Positions 9,309 to 17,002 of a stretch of DNA of 36,294 bases are shown in pieces. The notes under the pieces were generated by a model. The model was not told the origin of the DNA. It was given only the letters and a program-made list of their open reading frames with translations, and ran no database searches. This DNA is from a candidate division WOR-3 bacterium (GTDB taxonomy: Bacteria > Hydrothermota > Tepidihabitantia > Tepidihabitantales > Tepidihabitantaceae), in assembly GCA_965648905.1 (NCBI GenBank), contig CBFGIT010000024.1:1-36294 (forward strand), read 5' to 3'. Positions within the stretch are counted from its first letter, which is position 1; every line of letters starts with the position of its first letter. A program made the translations under genes and the position numbers.

Positions 9309-10168
9309 GCAGACCAGGCGACATTTGGCAGAGCAGCGACGAAGTCGCCTGGTGCCCGGGCTGCGGCAACTTCGGCATCAGAGAGGCACTAAGGCTGGCG
9401 CTTTCCGAACTTGGCCTCAGGCCCGAGCAGACATGCTTCGTATCAGGCATCGGTCAGGCTGCCAAGGCTCCCCACTACATCAGGTGCAACCTTTTCAACG
9501 GTCTGCACGGCCGGACCCTACCGGTGGCAACCGGGATCAAGCTGGCCAACCCGGACCTGACCGTGATTGCTGAAGGCGGCGACGGCGACGGCTATGCTGA
9601 AGGCGGGAATCATTTCATTCACGCTCTGCGCCGGAACATTGACATCACCTACCTTGTTCACAACAACCAGGTCTATGGGCTGACCAAAGGTCAGACCTCG
9701 CCCACCAGCGATGCCGGCACGGTCACGAAGACCACACCTTTCGGCTCGCTGTCGCCCGGCTTCGACCCGGTAGCTCTGGCCGTGCTGATGGACGCCGGGC
9801 TTGTGGCACGCGGCTTCTCAGGCAAACAGCGTCACCTTGCCGATACGATTAAGGCGGCAATGACTCACCGTGGCTTCGCCCTTGTGGACATCCTCCAGCC
9901 CTGTGTTTCCTTTAACCACGTCAACACGTACAAATGGTACAGCCACCGCGTGTATGAAGTCGAGGGCGAGTCGAAGTACACCCCTGAAGACAGAACTCAG
10001 GCGTTCTTCAAGGCGCAGGAATGGGGCAACCGGATACCGATTGGCGTGCTCTACCGCTCCCGGCGCCTGGCGTACGACCAGCTTCACCCGTTGGCAGCGC
10101 GCGGCGGCATCGTCCGAACCCAGACCGCACCGGAACAAGTCCAGGAACTCATCCGCAGCCTGCGCTAG
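9305..10168 (+). CDS. korB: 2-oxoacid:ferredoxin oxidoreductase subunit beta, copy 2
   Basis: WCPGCGNF, SGIGQAAK, LHGRTLP, GGDGD, NNQVYGLTKGQTSPT, ILQPCVSFN. Confidence 0.93.
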   Translation: MSRPGDIWQSSDEVAWCPGCGNFGIREALRLALSELGLRPEQTCFVSGIGQAAKAPHYIRCNLFNGLHGRTLPVATGIKLANPDLTVIAEGGDGDGYAEGGNHFIHALRRNIDITYLVHNNQVYGLTKGQTSPTSDAGTVTKTTPFGSLSPGFDPVALAVLMDAGLVARGFSGKQRHLADTIKAAMTHRGFALVDILQPCVSFNHVNTYKWYSHRVYEVEGESKYTPEDRTQAFFKAQEWGNRIPIGVLYRSRRLAYDQLHPLAARGGIVRTQTAPEQVQELIRSLR

Positions 10169-10195
10169 GCTGCCCCGGGTACTATCCTATGGGTG

Positions 10196-10230
10196 AAGGC
10201 AGAATGCCGAGTGCGGAATGGCGAGGACGG
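10196..10230 (+). repeat. degenerate 7-bp tandem repeat between convergent genes
   Basis: AAGGCAG AATGCCG AGTGCGG AATGGCG AGGACGG. Confidence 0.5.
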
Positions 10231-10249
10231 GCAGGGCGTGTTCTTGACT

Positions 10250-11635
10250 TCACGGACTGAGTTCTTGAGAGGCATACGGCTCCGGCTTGACGATGCCGAG
10301 TTGCTTAAGACGGCGAGAGAGATGTGAACGTTCGACCTCCAGCGCGACTGCGGCCCGGGAGATATTCCACCCGAACCGCGCCAGTTGTCTCTCGAGATAT
10401 GCCTTCTCAAGTTCATCCCGGGCCGTGCTTAGCGGTCTGGTTCGCGTGAGCAGGTCGCTCTCATGCGGCCGCTCGTGCCGGCAGTCAACCTGGAGGTCTT
10501 CGCGGCCGATTACCGAACCTCGGGCGGTGATTGCCGCACGTTCGACCAAGTTCTTGAGTTCACGGACATTCCCGGGAAAGGGCAGGCTGGAGAGAAAGGC
10601 AAGCGCATCTCTGCTCAACTGACGCGCCGGCATGCCGTTGTCCTGGCAGTAGGCGTCGAGCAGGTACACCGCGAGCATCGGAATGTCCTCAGGATGTTCG
10701 CGCAGAGCTGGAACATGAAGCGTGAAACCATTGAGTCGATGGTAGAGGTCAGCACGAAACCGACCTGCTTCAATCTCGTCCTTGATATTCTTGTTGGTGG
10801 CTGCGATGAAACGTATGTCGGCCCTAAGCATCCGCGTCGAGCCTAACCGTTCGAACTCGCCGCTTTCCAGCACTCGCAGCAGCTTAGCCTGGAGCAGCGG
10901 GTCCATATCGCCGATTTCGTCCAAGAACATCGTGCCGGTGTTGGCCAGCTCACATCTGCCTGGCTTGGGCGCGGTCGCGCCCGAGAAGGCCCCTTTCTCA
11001 TAGCCGAACAGCTCGCTTTCCAACAGGTCACGCGGGATGGCGGCGCAGTTCAGCTTCACGAACGGCCGGTCACGACGCAGTGAGTTTCGGTGTAGCCAGT
11101 AGGCAACGAGCTCCTTGCCGGTACCGGATTCACCGGTAATGAGCACACGGGCATTGGTCGGCGCCGCCATGGCGATCTGCGCTTTGACCTGCTTCATCGC
11201 AGTTGAATCGCCGACGATGCGGTAGCGCTCTTCTTCAGCCCGACTATGAGCCGAGCAATCGAGGGCCAGGTTGCGCCGCTCCAGAGCACGCGCTACGGTT
11301 GTCAGCACTCGCTTCATCGAAAGAGGTTTCTCAACGAAGTCATACGCCCCAGCTTTTATCGCCTCAACAGCCATATCGACGGTGGCGTGACCGGAGATGA
11401 CGACAACTTCAACTTCGGGGTAGGACGTCTTGACCGTCCGCAGCAGGTCAAGCCCGGAACCATCAGGGAGCATCACGTCGAGGAGCATCACTGCCGGCGG
11501 TTCTACCTCCACCAGCCCGAGGACCGCGGCTGCCCGATCAGTCAGGATTACCTCATAGCCCTCGTCGGTCAAGATGTCGTCCAGCGCCGAAAGGATGTTC
11601 GGTTCATCGTCAACTATCAGCACTCTGGCTCTCAT
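10250..11635 (-). CDS. sigma-54-dependent response regulator (NtrC/NtrX family; REC-AAA+-Fis HTH)
   Basis: Receiver VLIVDDE/LLDVMLPD, Walker A GESGTGKE, ESELFG.EKGAFSGA, FLDEIG, FPGNVREL, C-terminal HTH; AAGGAG SD. Confidence 0.95.
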   Translation of the reverse strand: MRARVLIVDDEPNILSALDDILTDEGYEVILTDRAAAVLGLVEVEPPAVMLLDVMLPDGSGLDLLRTVKTSYPEVEVVVISGHATVDMAVEAIKAGAYDFVEKPLSMKRVLTTVARALERRNLALDCSAHSRAEEERYRIVGDSTAMKQVKAQIAMAAPTNARVLITGESGTGKELVAYWLHRNSLRRDRPFVKLNCAAIPRDLLESELFGYEKGAFSGATAPKPGRCELANTGTMFLDEIGDMDPLLQAKLLRVLESGEFERLGSTRMLRADIRFIAATNKNIKDEIEAGRFRADLYHRLNGFTLHVPALREHPEDIPMLAVYLLDAYCQDNGMPARQLSRDALAFLSSLPFPGNVRELKNLVERAAITARGSVIGREDLQVDCRHERPHESDLLTRTRPLSTARDELEKAYLERQLARFGWNISRAAVALEVERSHLSRRLKQLGIVKPEPYASQELSP

Positions 11636-11711
11636 CAGTTACTCCTTGTGGCAGAGTAATCACGAAGCGGGTCCTGGTATCGTCGGGTTCGGTTTCGAGC
11701 CGAAACGGCAT
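11610..11711 (-). pseudogene. 33-codon ORF resembling the extreme C-terminus of a sensor histidine kinase (remnant)
   Basis: MPFRLETEPDDTRTRFVITLPQGVTDESQSADS*; LETEP..GT.F.ITLP-like HATPase terminal strand; overlaps the regulator start as cognate kinases usually do. Confidence 0.45.
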
Positions 11712-11717
11712 CGCCTA

Positions 11718-11745
11718 AGAATCCGCGACCGGAGCGGGAAGTCAA
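11718..11745 (-). promoter_or_regulatory. promoter upstream of the kinase remnant and response regulator
   Basis: Minus strand TTGACT (11745-11740), 16 nt, GATTCT (11723-11718), 6 nt, ATG at 11711. Confidence 0.55.
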
Positions 11746-11877
11746 GTGCTGCGTGGCCACGCGTTGTTTCGCACGCGCTGGTGAAAACGCCGGTCCATCT
11801 GTCCTGTCAAGCCACAGCAAATAAGTCAAAGGACAGTAAGCTGAGCTGCAGACGATCGAGCTCGAATAGCGATACCT

Positions 11878-12179
11878 TACGCCTGTGGGGCGTTCCAGCG
11901 GGCGCTGCGGCGGTCTGGCATGGTTCCGAGCATGAGTCGCAAGGGCGACCCTTATGACAATGCGGTGGCGGAGAGTTTCTTCCGGACGCTGAAGGTGGAG
12001 TTAGTCTACCGGCGGCGGTTTCGGACCCGCTCGGAAGCGAAGGCCGCGATTGTCGAGTACATCGAGTGGTTCTACAATAGTCGACGCCGGCACTCGAGCC
12101 TGGGCTATCTCAGCCCGAATGAGTTTGAGAGACAGGCCGGTGCCGCCTAAGAAAGTGTCCATCAAATCGGGGCATACCA
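11878..12179 (+). mobile_element. truncated IS3-family element (3' end of the integrase-core transposase plus right inverted repeat)
   Basis: Frame reads YACGAFQRALRRSGMVPSMSRKGDPYDNAVAESFFRTLKVE...IVEYIEWFYNSRRRHSSLGYLSPNEFE*; followed by GTGTCCATCAAATCGGGGCATACCA ending in CA at 12179; the 5' part is missing. Confidence 0.9.
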
Positions 12180-12786
12180 GCGTCGCGGGGCTCCAGGAGG
12201 CCACGGCGACCTTGCCTGGTTCTGCAACAAAGTTAGTGCAGTACCGCAGAGCCTCGGAAGCACCAAACAGAGCTGCCGTGCCAACCACGGTCAGAACCGC
12301 GGTTTGAGCGCAGGTCGGTTCAGCGCAGCCGGCCAACAGCTGAGCCATGAACAGAACCACGGGCGCAGGGACAGGCATCTCGGCAGGGTGGACGTCTGGG
12401 CCGGCGTGGGCCAGAGCGAGACCAGCCGCGACCGGCAAATCAGTTCTCATAGCGATGAAAGGAACCGCATTCGGTGTGACAACGGAGACTGTGCCCCAGT
12501 AGAATGTGGTATCGAGCCAAGTCACAGTAAGCCAAACGGTTGACCAGAAATCTCGGTTACTAGTGGGTTACAATATATGTAAACCAGAACACCGCTATCC
12601 GGAAAACTGGCCGTCGGACCTGATAGCACCTGTCCACGTGCTTCAGGGCTGGATCTGGGCTGCGCACCGCTTAGCGCCGAATCAGGTCTAAGCACATTGG
12701 CACATACGAATATGACGATGTGTCGATGCCCAATGCGGCAGTATCGATTCAAATCTAGGTGTTTGCGAATCAAAGGAGCAGAAACA

Positions 12787-14001
12787 GTGAGAAAGGCAGC
12801 ACTGGTTTTCATTACAGTCAGCGCGATGGCGTTCGGCCAGTCTTGGGTATCGCAGACAAGCGGCACCGGTAACAACTTGGACGGGGTCTGGTTTGTCGAC
12901 AACGCGCGAGGCTGGGCAGTCGGCGACGCCGGGACCTCGCTGCGCACAACAGACGGCGGTCAGACCTGGACCGCTTTTTTCATTACTAATCAGGATCTTG
13001 AGGATGTAGCATTCCACCCCAGTGACCCGGCAATCGGTCTGATCGTCGGCGATGATGGCCGGATTTTCAGGACTACCGACGGGGGCGGGAGCTGGTCTCA
13101 GGTGTCAAGCGGGATCGCCAGTAACCTGCGGGCGGTCGCTTTCAGTACCGGGAGCATTGCCTATGCCGCCGGCAGCGACGGTGTCATCCTGCGCTCGAAC
13201 GACTATGGCGCAAGCTGGTCAGTGGTCGAGAGCGGCACGGTCCGCTGGGAAGGCATCTGGGCGGTTGGCGACAATCTGGCCTGGGTAGTCGGTCGCGAAG
13301 GGAACATCAAGGCGACCACGAACGCAGGACAGAGCTGGAGCGTCCAACCCAGTTCCACCGGCAGCGACCTGCACGGTGTGTTCTTCATCGACTCAAACAA
13401 CGGCTGGGCAGTCGGGCAGAACGACGTAGCACTCAGAACCACTAATGGGGGCGCGAGTTGGGCCATGTCGAACGCCGGAATCAACGTCAGTCTTGACGGC
13501 GTCCATTTCGAGAGCGCCAGCGAGGGCTGGGTTGTCGGCAGTCTCGGTCGCATCTGGCAAACGACGAACGGTGGGACCAACTGGGTCCAGGAAACGAGTC
13601 CGGTGTCGAGCGAGCTGAACGACGTCTTCTTTACCGACGCGAATCACGGATGGGCAGTGGGAGCTTCGGGCCGCATAGTTGCCCGTATCAGCTCAGGCAT
13701 TGAGGACAAGCCGGTGCCGGGTCAACGTGGCGCCATCGAGGTGCGGCCGAATCCGGTTACCTCGCACAGCAGCATCAGCTATCTGGTGCCGGCATCAGGC
13801 CGGACTGAGGTGCGGGTTGTAGACGCACTTGGGCGCCTAGTCCGCGTGCTGGCGAGCGGCACGGTCGCGCCAGGACGGCACGAGGCGAGCTGGGACCTGA
13901 CCGATGACACTGGCCAAAGAGTCGGAACCGGTGTCTATTTCTGCGAGGTCGCGCTGGGCGCGTCAGACCAGCGGTTGCCGGTAGTCGTAGCCGAACGCTA
14001 G
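12787..14001 (+). CDS. secreted YCF48/BNR-repeat beta-propeller protein with FlgD-Ig/T9SS-type C-terminal domain
   Basis: GTG 12787 after AAAGGAG; signal peptide; repeated GWAVG..G....TTDGG.SW units; CTD PNP...D..GRLVR.L...WD..D..G..V.TGVYF. Confidence 0.85.
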   Translation: MRKAALVFITVSAMAFGQSWVSQTSGTGNNLDGVWFVDNARGWAVGDAGTSLRTTDGGQTWTAFFITNQDLEDVAFHPSDPAIGLIVGDDGRIFRTTDGGGSWSQVSSGIASNLRAVAFSTGSIAYAAGSDGVILRSNDYGASWSVVESGTVRWEGIWAVGDNLAWVVGREGNIKATTNAGQSWSVQPSSTGSDLHGVFFIDSNNGWAVGQNDVALRTTNGGASWAMSNAGINVSLDGVHFESASEGWVVGSLGRIWQTTNGGTNWVQETSPVSSELNDVFFTDANHGWAVGASGRIVARISSGIEDKPVPGQRGAIEVRPNPVTSHSSISYLVPASGRTEVRVVDALGRLVRVLASGTVAPGRHEASWDLTDDTGQRVGTGVYFCEVALGASDQRLPVVVAER

Positions 14002-14027
14002 CTTGAGGTCACGATGGTTGAGCATCC

Positions 14028-14071
14028 AAGGGCAGGGATGCGGAAACTGCACCCTGTCCTTTGCCCTTTTT
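14028..14071 (+). terminator. probable intrinsic terminator hairpin
   Basis: AAGGGCAGGG(A)TGCGG-AAA-CTGCACCCTGTCCTT followed by TGCCCTTTTT, 26 nt after the stop codon. Confidence 0.55.
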
Positions 14072-14113
14072 CGTCTGGTGCGTTTGCACGAACTCATACT
14101 GGAGGCAAGTACG

Positions 14114-16282
14114 ATGAAGCTGATGCGTAGGTCGGTATTTCTTGCTGTAATAATGGCAGGCGCGGTGGCAGGCCAGAACCTGCAGTGGAAGATACGGACG
14201 CCGGGCAACACCGGCACGATGGGTGACTATTCGTTCGCGATACTGGTTGATTCGGCAGGCAGACTCTGGGCGCACGGTTACCAGCCCAGCTGGCACCAGG
14301 GCGGAATGGCGATGTTCGACGGCCGGCGCTGGCACAACTGGTCCACTGTGGACAGCCTGTGCCCGAACGAAGACCTGCGCTCGTTCCAACTCGACCGCGC
14401 CGGCAACGTCTGGTGCGGCTCGCAGGCCGGGCTCCTGAAGTTCGACGGCACCCGCTTCACCGTGTACAACCGAAGTACCGTACCCGGTTTCCCCTGCGAC
14501 ACGGTGGGCGATGTGGCCATCGATACCGCGGGTAACATCTGGTTCGCAATGGCGAACTTCAACGGCAACAACGGCGGCATTGGTCGGTTCAACGGCACGA
14601 GCTGGACGTTCTGGAAGCGTGGACAGGGGCATCCGTTTCCTGCTCCGTGGAACCCGGTGTATGCCATTGCCTGTGCCCCAGATGGCGATGTCTGGGCCGG
14701 TTCAGTGGTAGGGCTGGCACGATTTCGCAGCGGCGCGTGGACCCATTTCGACACGCTCCAATACGAGGTCAACGATATCTTGGTCGACTCGAATGGCGTG
14801 GTCTGGATTGGCCAGACCTATCTTATTAGCTACGACAACGGCACCTGGCGCAATCATGGCTCATCTGGTTCCCTGCCCGTACTCGGGCTGGCTCGGCGCA
14901 GCGCGGGTGGGCTCTGGGTCGGGGCGCCGAATGGACTCTTCGCCTACCACAACAACACTTGGACAAACCAGAACTGGCCGGGCGGGTTCTGTTATCTCGC
15001 AGCCGAGTCACCGGACGGCAGCCTGTGGGCATGTGGCATCGGTGGCGTGGCGCAGCGAGTCGGCGGCAACTGGGAGTTATACAACATTTCGCGCACCGGT
15101 TTGAATGATTATTGGGTCTACGGCATTGACTTTGACAGCCGCCGCAATGTCTGGATGTGTGCCGGCTATGGAATATGCACCTTTGATGGCGAGGTATGGC
15201 GCAACTTCAACCGCTATGGCGGCACCATGCCTTGGCCCTGGCCCACGGATATTGTCCACGCCGCGGTCGAGGGTCTCGACGGTAAGATCTGGGTCGCGAC
15301 CTATGCATCCGGAGTGATCGTCTGGGACGGTAACGACTGGGTTGAGCAATATGCTGATGGCGAGGTCATTAAAGACGTCATCCGCGACTCGACCGGTGTC
15401 ATCTGGGCGTACGAGGACTTCAGCACGCGCGGGCTGTATCGCATCGCCAACGGCAACCTGCAGAAGTTCGACTACACCAACTCGCCTATCACCAGCTATG
15501 TGCAGGGCATCTGTGCCGACGCGGGCGGCTACATCTGGGTGGCGACTCTGGGCGAGCTGATTCGCACCGACGGCACAAACTGGGAAATCTACGACCCGGC
15601 CAGGGCGCGGATGCCTGGAACCGGCCGGTGCTGGAGCCCGGCGCGCGCACCTGACGGCACTCTCTGGCTCTCGGTCGCTCTAAGCCCTGACCTAACGCAG
15701 ACCGGACTTGTCCGGTTCGATCGCCGGGATACGAGCTGGACCCTGTATGACTCAACCAACTCGCCGGTCAAGGCCGGCGGGATTTCTGCGGTCACGAGCG
15801 CTGGCGTGCTCTGGCACGCCTTCTTCCGCGGGAACATTTATCCCTATCGAGGTGCGCTGCTGCGGTTCGACGGCACAACCTGGACTCGCTTTGACCGCGA
15901 CAACTCGCCGCTGCCGCACGAGCAGATATACGACATCGGCATTGACTGGAATGACAACCCATGGGTAAGCTGTGCAAGCGAAGGCATTGCTGTCATCTAC
16001 GACAATCCAGTGGCCGTCGAGGAAGAACATGCTGCACCTGAAGTATCGCGCAGGATAGCCGGCCGGACGACGCTGGTCCGTAGCATACTAACACTTCCAG
16101 AGTCGAACGTCGGGCAGCTCGCCACAAGCGTGCTCCTTGACGCTGCCGGTCGTGTGGTGATGGGCCTTCGGCCCGGAGCCAATAGCGTATCGCCGCTCGC
16201 GCCAGGTGTGTATTTCGTCAGAGAACCAGGAAGTACGGGGCGGTCAGTAGCCGCGACTCGTAGGGTTGTTGTCACCAGATAA
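14114..16282 (+). CDS. secreted Reg_prop (two-component regulator propeller)-type beta-propeller protein with short sorting CTD (PorZ-like architecture)
   Basis: ATG 14114 after GGAGG; signal peptide; many D..G.VW / FDG..W repeats, NSPLP motifs; tail LLDAAGR...PGANSVSPLAPGVYF...RRVVVTR. Confidence 0.82.
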   Translation: MKLMRRSVFLAVIMAGAVAGQNLQWKIRTPGNTGTMGDYSFAILVDSAGRLWAHGYQPSWHQGGMAMFDGRRWHNWSTVDSLCPNEDLRSFQLDRAGNVWCGSQAGLLKFDGTRFTVYNRSTVPGFPCDTVGDVAIDTAGNIWFAMANFNGNNGGIGRFNGTSWTFWKRGQGHPFPAPWNPVYAIACAPDGDVWAGSVVGLARFRSGAWTHFDTLQYEVNDILVDSNGVVWIGQTYLISYDNGTWRNHGSSGSLPVLGLARRSAGGLWVGAPNGLFAYHNNTWTNQNWPGGFCYLAAESPDGSLWACGIGGVAQRVGGNWELYNISRTGLNDYWVYGIDFDSRRNVWMCAGYGICTFDGEVWRNFNRYGGTMPWPWPTDIVHAAVEGLDGKIWVATYASGVIVWDGNDWVEQYADGEVIKDVIRDSTGVIWAYEDFSTRGLYRIANGNLQKFDYTNSPITSYVQGICADAGGYIWVATLGELIRTDGTNWEIYDPARARMPGTGRCWSPARAPDGTLWLSVALSPDLTQTGLVRFDRRDTSWTLYDSTNSPVKAGGISAVTSAGVLWHAFFRGNIYPYRGALLRFDGTTWTRFDRDNSPLPHEQIYDIGIDWNDNPWVSCASEGIAVIYDNPVAVEEEHAAPEVSRRIAGRTTLVRSILTLPESNVGQLATSVLLDAAGRVVMGLRPGANSVSPLAPGVYFVREPGSTGRSVAATRRVVVTR

Positions 16283-16862
16283 CGCCCCACAGGGTTTGGC
16301 AGTCTGAGCAGAGTCCCAGCAACTGCCCGCACCGCCAAGAACGAATTTGAATGGCCCGGCCTTGAGCAAGTGGCTTGTCCAACAAACCACCGTGAGAAGG
16401 TCTTGGGTTCGCAAGCTGAGTTGTGGCAGGGCGGGAGAGACTAAACAGTCGAATGGCGCGGAGTTTGCCGACCCAGTCATGCCGGACATGAGTCAAGCCG
16501 TCAAACTACCCTGCATTTCAACCTTGGTGCCGGTAGTGCAGTAACTCCACATGCTGGGACTAAGCTGGCGTACCTGCCCGCCGTAACGGCCGGTGTTATG
16601 ATTGGTGACCTCACGGGCGGACTACCGCTAAGCAAGAACAGCCAACCGAAGCGAGTGCGGCACCCACGCTGGCAGCAACAATCCTTCCCAACTGGTGGTA
16701 CCGTTTAGACGAGCTGGCGGCCGCGGTTGCCGTGGAAGACTCCTCTTCGTCATCATAGCGTACCAACCAGCAACTACATCACCTTTGTCAAGACTGGCAT
16801 TTTCCTCGTGCCATTACCCTATGACATTATCGCTGTGCTATCACAGTCAGGCGCAGTTGTCC

Positions 16863-16890
16863 TTGACCACGGTCGTAGGACGGGTATTAT
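16863..16890 (+). promoter_or_regulatory. promoter for the 17003 gene
   Basis: TTGACC (16863-16868), 16 nt, TATTAT (16885-16890); ~105 nt leader ending in TAAGGAGG. Confidence 0.7.
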
Positions 16891-17002
16891 TGTTTGCTCT
16901 GGGACAGCCTCACACGGTCACGTCTGGCCGCAGCCCGTGAGGTCAGTTTGGCAAGAAGTCTCTTGGAGCCAGATATCAGCAACACCATAAGGAGGTCTGC
17001 TA

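Noticed and set aside
12697..12786. Upstream starts for the secreted proteins (12697, 14003) and beta 1 (6691)
   Set aside because: For the secreted proteins, starts at 12787 and 14114 have SDs and give proper signal peptides, and the 14003 extension crosses a terminator; ATG 6763 avoids a 41-nt overlap with alpha 1 and gives a typical beta N-terminus
16796..16814. sigma-54 promoter at TGGCA-N9-TGCCA
   Set aside because: GG to GC spacing does not fit -24/-12 on either strand; may be a chance palindrome
16283..16860. Known ncRNA or small gene in the 580-bp gap
   Set aside because: No recognisable tmRNA, SRP, RNase P, 6S or riboswitch motif; short ORFs lack SDs and family features. An Rfam search would be needed to exclude this fully
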